Positions 11,436 through 22,342 are shown, counted from the whole stretch's first letter. The stretch is DNA of 63,659 nt, filler included, from 7 parts of 7 records of this genome joined end to end with filler, not necessarily neighbours in it, one strand, 5' to 3'. Made by a program: numbers and translations. Notes: generated from the sequence alone by a model not told the origin.

Positions 11436-13214
11436 TTACTTCATTACCGGTACCAGTTTCACTTCTTTGAAATACATCAGATTGTCTTTTAAAGCGGTTT
11501 CCGGTCTTATAATGAGGGTGTTCTGTCCGACTTTTAAATCCAGTGTACCTAGCGAAAATGTTTTGTAATCGTACCAGTCACCTGTTGATTGAACAGAAGA
11601 AATAAGTGATTTTTCACCGACAGTCACAGCATATTTTTGGCCATCCCATTCCGGATTGGCTGCATACGTTATTTGTACATCAAACAAGCCAGGATTGCTG
11701 ATTTTAAAATTCCACGATATGGTATCATCAGGTCCGGTCCACTTTGAAATATGGAATGCCCCTTTGCGATTAAATCTTTTAACGGTTTTTCCACTGGTTA
11801 TGGCTTCAACATACTGCAGGTCCACAACACCATCTTTTTGCTGTTCGACAACAACAGGATCCACTTTGGGGCTTCCATCTATTTCCAGCACAATAACCGT
11901 GTTTGCCTTATCCACAGGTTTTTCCGGCACTGTTATTAAAATACTATTTCCGTTTTGCTTAACTGGTAACGTTTTATTTTTATCCAACAAGAGATAAGCT
12001 TTTTTTACTTTATTTTCGAGTGTGCTCAATTCGAGGATACCGGTTGCAGGCCAGTTAAACACATGTAGATATAACTTTTCACCTTTCACTGTGCACCGCC
12101 CCCACGGAAGGTTGTAGAAGGGACTGGGAGTGGTTCCATAAATACTCTCTGCGTTATCCTGCATCCAGTCCCCCACCTTGTTTAATATAAAAACGGATTC
12201 CTGTGGTATAATGCCTTCTCCGGTTGGTCCGACATTCAACAAATAATTACCGCCCTGACTGACAATTTCGACCAATCTGTGAATAACCTCTTGCGGACTT
12301 TTCCATTCTTTATCATATTTACTATATCCCCATGTCTCATTCAGGGTTTGTGGTGTCTCCCAGTATTCCTCTATACCTCCAATGGGCATACCATTGTCGT
12401 TCATATTCTGGTAATCACCCAGTAATTCCTTGTTATAATTTCCAACCCGTCCATTTACCAGGCATTGGGGCTGTAATTGTCGTACCAGAGAGGCAAATCT
12501 TCTGCCCTGTTCCTGGGTATACATGCCTCTGTCAAACCAGATGAGTCCCAACGGACCATAACCGGTCAGGATTTCTTTTAATTGGGGTATTGATTTTTCC
12601 TCAAGATAGTTGTCGAAATCTTTTTGTGTAACATCATAATCCCAGTCATTTCCATAAGCATCCGGATGATCCCAGTCTTCGCGATGCGAGTAATAAAAGC
12701 AGAATTTTATCCCTTCATCCCTGCAGGCGTCAGCCAGTTCTTTCATCGGATCACGTTTAAATGGAGTGGCATCGACTATGTTATAGTCACTGACATTTGA
12801 ATGGTACATGGCAAATCCATCGTGATGTTTTGCCGTAATGACCAGATATTTCATGCCCGTGTTTTTTGCCAGACGAACCCACTCTTTTGCGTTAAAATCG
12901 ACTGGATTGAATTCGCTGGCCATATGACGATATTCGGTAACCGGAATTTTCAGTTTTTGCATAATCCATTCGGCATTTTCACCAACCGCCACTTTTTGAT
13001 TTTTCCATTCCCCGGCCAGTTTTGAATAAGGACCCCAATGAATAAACATCCCAAACTTGGCATCTTTGAACCACTCGAGACGATTCTCTTTTTGCAGACT
13101 TGAATTCTGTTCAACAGATTTTCCACAGGAGGATAGCAGGATAATAGAGACATACAAAAACACAAAACAATAAATTTTGACGTTCATAACGATCTGATCT
13201 CCCCTCCTTTTCAT
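11436..13214 (-). CDS. Alpha-L-fucosidase (GH29) lipoprotein with C-terminal CBM-like domain
   Basis: WFKDAKFGMFIHWG, TAKHHDGF, IWFD, GGNYLLNVGP. Confidence 0.92.
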   Translation of the reverse strand: MKRRGDQIVMNVKIYCFVFLYVSIILLSSCGKSVEQNSSLQKENRLEWFKDAKFGMFIHWGPYSKLAGEWKNQKVAVGENAEWIMQKLKIPVTEYRHMASEFNPVDFNAKEWVRLAKNTGMKYLVITAKHHDGFAMYHSNVSDYNIVDATPFKRDPMKELADACRDEGIKFCFYYSHREDWDHPDAYGNDWDYDVTQKDFDNYLEEKSIPQLKEILTGYGPLGLIWFDRGMYTQEQGRRFASLVRQLQPQCLVNGRVGNYNKELLGDYQNMNDNGMPIGGIEEYWETPQTLNETWGYSKYDKEWKSPQEVIHRLVEIVSQGGNYLLNVGPTGEGIIPQESVFILNKVGDWMQDNAESIYGTTPSPFYNLPWGRCTVKGEKLYLHVFNWPATGILELSTLENKVKKAYLLLDKNKTLPVKQNGNSILITVPEKPVDKANTVIVLEIDGSPKVDPVVVEQQKDGVVDLQYVEAITSGKTVKRFNRKGAFHISKWTGPDDTISWNFKISNPGLFDVQITYAANPEWDGQKYAVTVGEKSLISSVQSTGDWYDYKTFSLGTLDLKVGQNTLIIRPETALKDNLMYFKEVKLVPVMK

Positions 13215-13433
13215 GAAATCATTGTCTCAAATTCCTGGAACGTTATTACAACTTTTCATTCAGGCGGTTTACTTTTTATCGACAATTTATTATCTGAAAA
13301 AGAATACATAATCCTGTTACGAAAGGCAAGAAATATATGGATCAAACGTACTCTGACAATAATATTCATTTGGAATATTTTAATTTAAAAGTAAGATAGC
13401 GATTAATTCTATTTCTCAAAAAAAAAGTGAAAA

Positions 13434-13480
13434 ACACTACATTTAGTAGTTGCAATCTAAATTAAATCTATATATATTGT
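13434..13480 (+). promoter_or_regulatory. Tandem NrdR-like boxes
   Basis: ACACTACATTTAGTAG (13434-13449) and a weaker AATCTATATATATTGT (13465-13480), 31 bp apart, resembling acaCwAtATaTwGtgt, upstream of nrdD. Confidence 0.55.
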
Positions 13481-13631
13481 CAAAGATGAAACATCGAGTT
13501 CGATACGGGAAATGCCATTCATAAAGAACGACGACTTTCCACAACATAAACAATATTCTTTTCATTAATAAAATTAAAATTTTCGAGGTAATATCGTTTA
13601 TTTGCTTATTGTAGCATAGAATAAAATCTTG

Positions 13632-13817
13632 ATAAATTTTTTGGTGTCCTATTGACATAGGGAATTCCGCGAAATTCGGAAGCACTCCCGGTGCTGTGAT
13701 GGGGTACGAAAGATGCTATATCCGGACAGGATGAAATGTCACTGTTCCATATTGTGGGATGGGAAGGCGCATCGAGTAGGTTAATCCCAAAGCCAGAATA
13801 CCTGCCAAAAAATCTAT
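13632..13817 (+). ncRNA. Cobalamin riboswitch
   Basis: P1 TTTTTTGG/CCAAAAAA; AGGGAA.TCCGCGAAATTCGGA..CACTCCCG..GCTGT; CACTG..GGGAAGG; AGCCAGAATACCTGCC B12 box; upstream of a B12-independent RNR. Confidence 0.92.
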
Positions 13818-13874
13818 GATGTCTGGTTACGTGGAATAACCAGCCCGTATTTTGAGGTCAAGAAAACAGGGTGC

Positions 13875-13911
13875 AGCCTCGTTCTTAATTCACTGGAACG
13901 AGGCTTTTTTT
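13875..13911 (+). terminator. Intrinsic terminator, expression platform of the riboswitch
   Basis: AGCCTCGTTCT/GGAACGAGGCT stem plus T7, ~28 nt before the nrdD ATG. Confidence 0.85.
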
Positions 13912-13938
13912 ATTGAAAATATTTTCAGGACAATTAAA

Positions 13939-16041
13939 ATGCATGTCGAATTAAAAACATTTACTAAAATAGCAAAGAGAAACGGTCAGGTTGTCACATT
14001 TGAAGCAAATAAAATTACAAATGCTCTTTTAAAAGCCGGCACAGCGACAGGCGAATTTGATGAGGAGACAGCCCGGCTGTTAACTATCAGAGCACTGAGT
14101 CTTTTACACCAACTCTATCCGGATCAGGATATAACAGTAGAAAACATTCAGGATATTGTTGAAGATATCCTGTTGGCATCATCCTATAAAAAAACAGCCA
14201 AAGCTTACATACTTTATCGGGATCAACATGCCAGAATACGTGAATTATCCTCCAGTTTTAATGTGGAGCTGGTTAATAATTATCTTACCAAATCGGACTG
14301 GCAGGTTCGCGAGAACAGCAACATGAGTTACTCTTTGCAGGGCTTGAATAATTATATTTCCTCTGAAATCAGTAAAGTTTACTGGTTGAATAGTATTTTC
14401 CCGCCTCAAATACGAGATGCGCATCTTGGCGGTGATATCCATGTTCATGATTTAGGTATTTTAAGTGTCTACTGTGTTGGATGGGATTTGTACGATCTTC
14501 TTTTGCAAGGCTTCAAAGGAGTTTCAGGCAAACTGGAATCAAAACCTGCCAGGCATTTTCGCAGCGCCCTGGGACAGATTGTCAATTTCTTTTATACACT
14601 GCAGGGAGAGGCAGCAGGCGCCCAGGCTTTTTCCAACTTTGATACACTATTAGCGCCCTTTATCAGGTATGATGGTTTGGACTATACGGACGTCAAACAG
14701 GCGCTACAGGAATTTTTGTTTAATGTCAATGTGCCCACAAGAGTTGGATTTCAAACGCCATTTACAAATGTGACGCTGGATCTGACCATACCTTCTTATT
14801 ATGCCAATCAGGGTGTGGTCATTGGTGGAGAAATTCAAAAAGAGACCTATAAAGAGTTTAAAACTGAACTGGACATGTTTAATCGCGCTTTCCTTGAGGT
14901 TATGTTGGAAGGAGACGCGAAAGGTCGTGTGTTCACGTTTCCAATTCCAACCTATAATATCAGCAAAGATTTTGACTGGGATAATGCCAATATGTCCTTG
15001 CTGTGGGATATCACGGCCAAATATGGCATACCTTATTTTGCCAATTTCGTCAACTCGGATATGGATCCCGAAGATGCTAGAAGTATGTGCTATCGTTTGA
15101 GAATAGATAATCGCGAATTGCAAAAACGGGGTGGTGGTTTGTTTGGTTCCGCACCGCTTACAGGATCGGTTGGTGTGGTCACCATTAATTTGCCCAGACT
15201 GGGATATTTAGCCCAGGATGAAAAAGATTTTTATGTGCAATTATCGTCTCTTATGGATGTGGCAAAAGAGTGTCTTGAATTAAAACGTAAAGTTCTGGAA
15301 CGGCTCAGCGATGAACATCTTTATCCTTATACCCAATTCTATCTGCGGAATATAAAAAAACGATTTGGCCAATACTGGAAAAACCACTTTTCCACCATCG
15401 GCATTGTTGGCATGAATGAAGCGTGCTTAAACCTGTTTAATAAAAACCTGGGAACAGAAAAAGGCAGAAACTTTGCCACAGATGTCCTTGATTTTATGCG
15501 TAGCCGATTAATTGAGTATCAGGAGGAAACAGGAAACAATTATAACCTGGAAGCGACACCTGCTGAAGGCACCTCCTTTCGTCTGGCACAATTGGATAAA
15601 AAGAAATATCCGGATATTCAATGTGCCAATGAGGAAAATTATCATGGCCATTCACCCTTTTACACAAATTCCTCTCAACTTCCTGTTGATTTTACCGATG
15701 ATATTTTTGAATTGCTGGATTTACAAGATGAGATACAGAGTAAATATACAGGCGGTACCGTACAACATCTCTTTATCGGAGAACGCATTCAGGATGTCAC
15801 CGCCTTGAAAAATCTGATACGTAAAATATGTTATGATTACAAATTGCCCTATTTTTCCATCACACCAACTTTTAGTATCTGCCCCTCGTGTGGTTATCTG
15901 TTTGGCGAGATAGAAACATGTCCAAAGTGTAAAAGTGCCTGTGAAATATTCTCCAGAGTTGTGGGTTATCTGCGCCCGGTGAATCAATGGAATAAAGGTA
16001 AACAGGAAGAATTCGATAAACGAAAAACATTAAAAATATGA
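13939..16041 (+). CDS. nrdD: Anaerobic (class III) ribonucleoside-triphosphate reductase with ATP cone
   Basis: ATP cone (KRNGQ...KITNAL), YCVGW, LEATPAE, CxxC..CxxC, glycyl-radical motif SRVVGYLRP; ATG 13939 preferred because the longer ORF overlaps the terminator. Confidence 0.95.
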   Translation: MHVELKTFTKIAKRNGQVVTFEANKITNALLKAGTATGEFDEETARLLTIRALSLLHQLYPDQDITVENIQDIVEDILLASSYKKTAKAYILYRDQHARIRELSSSFNVELVNNYLTKSDWQVRENSNMSYSLQGLNNYISSEISKVYWLNSIFPPQIRDAHLGGDIHVHDLGILSVYCVGWDLYDLLLQGFKGVSGKLESKPARHFRSALGQIVNFFYTLQGEAAGAQAFSNFDTLLAPFIRYDGLDYTDVKQALQEFLFNVNVPTRVGFQTPFTNVTLDLTIPSYYANQGVVIGGEIQKETYKEFKTELDMFNRAFLEVMLEGDAKGRVFTFPIPTYNISKDFDWDNANMSLLWDITAKYGIPYFANFVNSDMDPEDARSMCYRLRIDNRELQKRGGGLFGSAPLTGSVGVVTINLPRLGYLAQDEKDFYVQLSSLMDVAKECLELKRKVLERLSDEHLYPYTQFYLRNIKKRFGQYWKNHFSTIGIVGMNEACLNLFNKNLGTEKGRNFATDVLDFMRSRLIEYQEETGNNYNLEATPAEGTSFRLAQLDKKKYPDIQCANEENYHGHSPFYTNSSQLPVDFTDDIFELLDLQDEIQSKYTGGTVQHLFIGERIQDVTALKNLIRKICYDYKLPYFSITPTFSICPSCGYLFGEIETCPKCKSACEIFSRVVGYLRPVNQWNKGKQEEFDKRKTLKI

Positions 16042-16712
16042 AGATCGGGGGATTACAAAAATTTTCGTTAATAGATTACCCCGGGAAATTTTCGGCCGTG
16101 ATATTTACCCAGGGGTGTAATTTTCGATGTCCATATTGCCATAATCCGGAACTGGTGCGAGCAATTGATTTTAAAGAATCTCTTCCTGTAGCGGAAGTGC
16201 TTCATTTTTTGGAAAAACGAAAAAACCAACTACAGGGAGTCGTTGTCACAGGTGGTGAACCGACATTGCAAAAAGATCTTTCAGGCTTTATACAACAAAT
16301 CAAAAAAATGGGGTACCAGGTCAAGCTGGATACAAATGGCAGTAAACCGGACGTACTGGCAAAACTAATAAATCTCAAGCTCGTTGATTATATTGCCATG
16401 GATATCAAATCACCGCTGGAAAAATATCCCGCCGTGACAAATAGCAGTATTCAAATTGACCATATAAAAAAGAGCATAAATCTCATTCAAAAAAGTAACA
16501 TAAAACACCAATTTCGCACCACCGTTGTTAAACCATACCTTGATTATAACGACCTCATTGTGATTCATAATTTACTACAAAACAGCAGGAACTATATTTT
16601 ACAACCTTTTTGTAAACGAGATCCTTTACTGGATGATTCTTTGTTAACAGAAAATCAATTCTCTGAATCGGATATTCAACAGTTTCAGAAAAAATTATTT
16701 CCTTTAAACTGA
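16038..16712 (+). CDS. nrdG: Anaerobic RNR activating radical SAM protein
   Basis: GCNFRCPYCHN, TGGEP, LDTNG; overlaps the nrdD stop. Confidence 0.93.
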   Translation: MKIGGLQKFSLIDYPGKFSAVIFTQGCNFRCPYCHNPELVRAIDFKESLPVAEVLHFLEKRKNQLQGVVVTGGEPTLQKDLSGFIQQIKKMGYQVKLDTNGSKPDVLAKLINLKLVDYIAMDIKSPLEKYPAVTNSSIQIDHIKKSINLIQKSNIKHQFRTTVVKPYLDYNDLIVIHNLLQNSRNYILQPFCKRDPLLDDSLLTENQFSESDIQQFQKKLFPLN

Positions 16713-17306
16713 AACGGTGAATTCGGCTCTATTGTTATGAAAAAATACGTGTCCTGATTTTATCCTCGTTACAAAATTATTAAATAACATATGGTTGCTT
16801 TAAAGATGTGTGATACCTTTATAATGAATCTAAATGACATATTTAATACCTTTTTAGTGGTTCCATACAGGCAACATTGAAACAAATCGTCATAAATGGC
16901 GTATTGTAGTTATAATGAAAATTTTTCCTTGCTATTTAATATATTTATCCCGATGTTGTTTTGAGTTGCTATTATATAGGGTGTAAAAAATAACATCATT
17001 TTTAAGGGGACTAAAATGATTAAAACAAAAAAGCACACCAATGGTTAGATAAACTGGCCTATTAGTGTGCTTTTTTAGTTATTGGGGTCCCGGGTTGTTT
17101 TTTAAGATGCCTTTCCTTTATTTTTCATTTTATGTTAAAAAAACAAATTTAATTTTAATTACTGTAATGATATAGTCTGGTATTGATTAAAGATATCGAC
17201 ATATTAAATCAGAGTATAATAAACCAGATCTTTATTTTTGGATTACTGCAATAATCAGAATAAATAAGAGTCAGGCTAAAAAACAAAGTATAGCGATAGA
17301 ACACGA

Positions 17307-19496
17307 ATGGGTGATACGATGATTATGGCTAAAAATAAAGTTATGCTTTTTCTTTTATTACTTTTTTATAAATCGATTTTCCCTCAAGGTGCCTGGGAAT
17401 GGCAAAATCCACAACCCTTTGGTAATAATTTAACAGATATTTGTGTTGTTGAACCAACGACTACATTTGCATCTGGATATTCCGGGACATTTGCAGCCAC
17501 TATCGATGATGGGGAAACATGGACTTTAAAACAACTACCTTTTATAGATGGGCATAGTCAGATATTTTTTTTAAATCCATCAGAGGGATGGATTTTTGAT
17601 TATAAGTACTTGTTAAGCACAATTGATGGTGGTGATAATTGGGAAAAATTATCAATATCAGATCCATCAAATTATTATATAAACAATTTAAAAATGTTTG
17701 ATAATGGTGTTGGTTATATTTCTCTCAAGCCCAGGACCACCTATTATAAAGATCTTATTCATACTCCTAGCAAGATATATAAAAGCTTTGACAAGGGCGC
17801 TTCCTGGAAACAGCTTATTCTGGAGCCTATGGGTAGAGTGATAAACATGTTTTTTATTGATCATCTTGTGGGTTTTGTTATTTCAGAAGAATTTAATCTA
17901 TCAGCTCAAAGTCATTGCTATTTATACCGCACAATTGATGGTGGTAATTCCTGGGAAAAAGTATCAATACCAGACTCTGTTTATTCAAGTGAAATATTTT
18001 TTATATCCGCTGATACGGGTTGGATCGGGGCTTTCAAGACGAGCAATGGGGGACTTTCCTGGAAAAACATGTTTGATAAAGTGCTGGAGGATACTTCTCT
18101 TCTCGAGGATATTTATTTTAGTGATAATCAGAATGGCTGGGCCATTACTGGCAACTGTATCTTTAATACAACAGATGGTGGTGAAAATTGGTCTCTGCAG
18201 AAACAAATAGAGTATGCATTATTTGAAAAAGTTGACTTTTATAATGATGCCATCGGGTGGATTGGCGGAACAGGAGGATTACTTTACAAAACAGTTGATG
18301 GAGGTACAAACTGGAATCCGAATGGTAATTCCGTCACTTATAATGAATTAAATGATATTGATTTTGTAGATCAATATTCGGGGTGGACTGTGGGTATGAA
18401 TGGAATAATTCTGAATACCCAAAATTCTGGTCTCACATGGCAACACCAAAAAAGCACCATTGATAATAATCTTTTTGCTGTTGATTTTTTGGATGAAAAT
18501 AATGGTTGGGCAGTAGGCAAAGATTATATCTTACACACAAACGATGGGGGAAATAACTGGGAAAAACAATATTATATTGATTTAGAAGGTGGGGCTTTGT
18601 GTGATGTGCAATTCATAGATAAAAATAACGGGTGGGCTGTTGGCAGTAAGGGTTTTAACCCATGCGGAATCATATTAAAGACTACGTCGGGAGGAAAAAG
18701 TTGGGATAAATTGGAAACAAAGTTCCCAACCTTTTGTTCAGTCTCATTTTCCGATAAAAGTCATGGCTGGATTGGTGGATATTTCAGTACAATCATAGCA
18801 ACTACGGACGGTGGAGATACATGGAATAGACAAAATTTAAATGAGTTCGCTGATATATATCAATTACAATTTATTGACCAAAATTACGGGTGGGCATCGA
18901 CCATAGGTGATTCATTTTTCTTTCTTACAACAGATGGTGGTCTCAATTGGGAAACAATTTCCTTGGATCGCTATTCTAATCTAGGCATTCGTTTTGGTAT
19001 TTGGCGATTTTTCTTTTTAAATAAATTTGAAGGTTGGGCATCGGCATTTCTCTGCGGGGAGTTTTATCGAACAACCGATGGCGGAAAAACATTTGCACAA
19101 ACAGGAAGAATACCAGTTTTTCGTTTAAATTCCTTTCACTTTGTGAACAATGAATTAGGGTGGGCTGTCGGTCGTGATGGTGTGATTATTCGATTTCACA
19201 GTGATAACTCCTCTAATAACACCAACATGGAAACTCAAAAGATTTGTTTAGGTAATTTCCCCAATCCATTCACTCAATGGACAACTGTCTATTGTATCCT
19301 TACCAAACAACAGCACATTGTAGTTAAATGCTTTAACGAGCTGGGCCAGGAAATAAAAACAATCTATAACGGCCCGGGATTTAAAGGTTTCAATTATTTT
19401 GGATTGAATGCAATAGGTTTAGCTAGTGGCAAATATTTTATTAGAGCAGAATGTGAGGAATTTATCCAAACATCTGCATGTGTATTGGTCAAATAA
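17307..19496 (+). CDS. YCF48/BNR-repeat beta-propeller protein with C-terminal secretion-type domain
   Basis: Many T.DGG.(T/N)W Asp-box repeats; NFPNPF...GLASGKYF tail. Confidence 0.85.
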   Translation: MGDTMIMAKNKVMLFLLLLFYKSIFPQGAWEWQNPQPFGNNLTDICVVEPTTTFASGYSGTFAATIDDGETWTLKQLPFIDGHSQIFFLNPSEGWIFDYKYLLSTIDGGDNWEKLSISDPSNYYINNLKMFDNGVGYISLKPRTTYYKDLIHTPSKIYKSFDKGASWKQLILEPMGRVINMFFIDHLVGFVISEEFNLSAQSHCYLYRTIDGGNSWEKVSIPDSVYSSEIFFISADTGWIGAFKTSNGGLSWKNMFDKVLEDTSLLEDIYFSDNQNGWAITGNCIFNTTDGGENWSLQKQIEYALFEKVDFYNDAIGWIGGTGGLLYKTVDGGTNWNPNGNSVTYNELNDIDFVDQYSGWTVGMNGIILNTQNSGLTWQHQKSTIDNNLFAVDFLDENNGWAVGKDYILHTNDGGNNWEKQYYIDLEGGALCDVQFIDKNNGWAVGSKGFNPCGIILKTTSGGKSWDKLETKFPTFCSVSFSDKSHGWIGGYFSTIIATTDGGDTWNRQNLNEFADIYQLQFIDQNYGWASTIGDSFFFLTTDGGLNWETISLDRYSNLGIRFGIWRFFFLNKFEGWASAFLCGEFYRTTDGGKTFAQTGRIPVFRLNSFHFVNNELGWAVGRDGVIIRFHSDNSSNNTNMETQKICLGNFPNPFTQWTTVYCILTKQQHIVVKCFNELGQEIKTIYNGPGFKGFNYFGLNAIGLASGKYFIRAECEEFIQTSACVLVK

Positions 19497-19608
19497 GCTA
19501 ATAAAGAAAGGGGGTAAAATTGCGAGATCCACCTTAAACAATGATTAATACATATTAATACCATCAATAAATTTAAACCATTACTTGAATTATTTGGAAG
19601 GAAATAAG

Positions 19609-20319
19609 ATGAAAAAACAAAGAAAAGATATTATGATTTGTTTGTTAATTTTTTTGGTGGCTTATAATGTATTTTCATATGAATATCCTTTAAAGCGTGG
19701 CTCAGATGACTGGAAGAATCTTCCTGTTGAAGAAAAAAATAAACTACTCCAAATTCCAGAAAATTTATTAGCTACAATGCCTACAAAAGAATTAATCCAA
19801 GCATATATAGATAACCCTTTTACAAGCTTAATATTTGCATATGATAATCCCCAGGATGGTTTTAATCGAGTTTATAATGAATTTAATGGGTTACGTGAAT
19901 TAATGAATAGGCCAGATGTCGCGGATAAATTATTGGAAGTCTATTCAAACATGAACCCAGGAAATTTTGATAAAGATTGGGATTTGGTGCAAAAAGGTCG
20001 TTTTACTTTTAAATTTATCTATTTAGAACTTTTAATTGCCCAAAAAAATATTTTACAAAAAATGACCTCTAATGAATCAAAAAATATACTAACTATCTTA
20101 TTGGATAAACTTGAAATAAAAAATAATTTTATCGAAGAACATTCAATACTTGGTATAAGCCATAGTGCCCATTCAATAGCAAATCTGATTAGTGTAAAAG
20201 ATGAAAATTTATTACGTTCAATACCACAAATAGATATTTTACTTTCAGGCGCTATTATTCCAAACGACAATGTTTTACCAATGATTATCACAGCCGCAAA
20301 TAGCTATTTAACCGAATAA
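19609..20319 (+). CDS. Hypothetical secreted protein
   Basis: Signal peptide; YEYPLKRGSDDW...LQIP N-terminus; no function recognised. Confidence 0.7.
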   Translation: MKKQRKDIMICLLIFLVAYNVFSYEYPLKRGSDDWKNLPVEEKNKLLQIPENLLATMPTKELIQAYIDNPFTSLIFAYDNPQDGFNRVYNEFNGLRELMNRPDVADKLLEVYSNMNPGNFDKDWDLVQKGRFTFKFIYLELLIAQKNILQKMTSNESKNILTILLDKLEIKNNFIEEHSILGISHSAHSIANLISVKDENLLRSIPQIDILLSGAIIPNDNVLPMIITAANSYLTE

Positions 20320-20339
20320 GATATAGGGGAGGAAATTCA

Positions 20340-22342
20340 ATGTATACGCTAAAACTTCATTTATATTTGATTTTATTATTAATATTGTCCTTATTAAGTA
20401 TATTACAAGCCGATCAATTAACTACAATTTATACTCCTGAGGGCAAATCGGTTTCTGATACATATATAAGGACAGAAGCAAGTTCTGGTCAAATAGCTAC
20501 ATGGAATAGTTATACAAATAGTTGGATAATCTATAACAGCTTGAATGCCGTACGAGTTGGTTCTTCCACTTTAACTTATAATTGCCATGGCTATGCATGG
20601 TCTGTTTCAGAAGGTGGTCCCGCTGTATGGATTGGCTTAAATACGGTTACTGCTGAAGATGCTTATTGGACAGATGAAGATTGTGCCAACCATGGCAATC
20701 CTTCTTATTCAAGTAGTTCTGAGGCCAGTGGTACTCATGTTAGTTATGAAGCAACCATAAATCATTCCTTGAGAAAAATTCAAAATTCTTATCCCCGTGC
20801 AATAAGCGGTAGTCGTGATTATGTTGCAAAGTGGGGAAAATACGGTCTAGTTCAGCATGAAAAAGGACATGATATATATAAATACAAAAGCACATCGGGT
20901 TTTACTTATAGGAAACTTACAACTACAACACATTCCGGCACACTATCGAGCCATCCTAAAACCTGGGTTGGTGCAGGTGGCATAACACATACTGTCACAG
21001 ATAATACCACAGTTCAGTCAAATCAAAGCCTCACAATAAGATCAGGCGCAACGGTAACAGTCAGTTCAGGTAAAAAAATCCAGGTTAATGGCACGCTTAA
21101 AGCTAATGGTGCCAAATTTCAGCCCACAACTGGTTCTACGTGGTACGGCATTAACTTTTATAATTGCTCCTCGTCAAGTGAAATTACCAATTGTGAGATT
21201 AGGGGTTCAACATACGGCCTTTTTATGTATTATTATTCCAACGTTAAATTACGCTATAATGATGTCTCTTTAAATACCCATGGTATGTTGTTCAGCAACT
21301 ATTCTGATGGTAATGGTACTGTGCATAGAAATGATATCCATTCTAATGAGTACGGTGTTTTTTGTGTCACTTATTCAGATCCCTGTTTATATCAAACGGG
21401 ATTTATCGATAATGACATTGCAATATACGGCAACAATTCGAACTGCAATTTTAATTTGGGAAGTAATTCCTCAGAAGGCCAGAACAGCTTCCTTTATAGC
21501 AGTGATTATGATATTTATTCAACGTATCCGGGAACTATCCAGGCACAATATAATTATTGGGACAGCCCACCGGACACGACGAATAATTACGGCAATACAA
21601 ATTGTTCAAATCCTTTAACGAGTGGTCCATACTATCTTTACAAAAAAATGCCCAAGCCGGAATATGAACCACAGATTTTAGCAGAGAGTACAATAACTGA
21701 CACAATAGGACTGGGTGAGGTAGAGAAAGCCGCTCAATTATATCGCCAGGAAAATTATGATCAGGCTGCCCTGGATTTTAATGCTATTATCCAAAAGTAT
21801 GCCGACCATTTTTCAGGCAAACGTGCTCTAGTCTATTTGTTCAAGTCTCAAAAGATGCTGAAAACTATTGAAACAACAATAACTCTGCAAAATATTGCGA
21901 TAAAATATAATGACAAAGAGCTTGCTCCTCTTGCAAACCACCTCCTGGCTTGTGAATTACTTACACAGGGCGAATATGAAAGTGCAATATTAAAATTGAA
22001 ATCCATCCTGGCTTCAAACAATAAAGGAGAACTTGAAAAAGACGTTCTGTATGACCTGGGCACTATTTACTATTATCATTTGAACGATAAAAAACAAGGA
22101 GAAATATATCTACGACAACTAATCGACAAGTACCCGGATGATCATTTAGCCGTTGCTGCATTAAGTACACTTGGTGAATGGCGACCCGGGTTGAAAAAAG
22201 AAGTTTAAAAGAACAATCCAGTACACCGGAAAGTTTTGCATTACATCAAAACTACCCAAACCCATTCAACCCGACAACAACAATCAATTACAGCCTGCCA
22301 GAATCTGGAAAAGTCACATTAAAAATATATGACATCCAGGGA
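20340..22342 (+). CDS. Secreted multidomain protein: YNCH domain, beta-helix, [11 protein letters not shown] tail (frameshift at 22194-22199; 3' truncated)
   Basis: ORF 20340-22208 continues into the [13 protein letters not shown] frame if one A is added to an A6 run. Confidence 0.75.

Noticed and set aside
13443-13938. 80-aa minus-strand ORF and the N-terminal extension of nrdD from 13852
   Set aside because: They overlap the operator, riboswitch and terminator; the ATP cone begins after ATG 13939
17307-19200. Recurring GATGG(T/C)GG-type DNA motifs suggesting an array
   Set aside because: Explained by BNR/Asp-box protein repeats; no constant repeat-spacer structure. No CRISPR array, tRNA or rRNA was recognised anywhere in the window
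22191-22208. Programmed -1 frameshift adding the secretion tail
   Set aside because: In-frame heptamer is G_AAA_AAA, not A_AAA_AAG; the same one-base homopolymer loss recurs across contigs, so error is more likely
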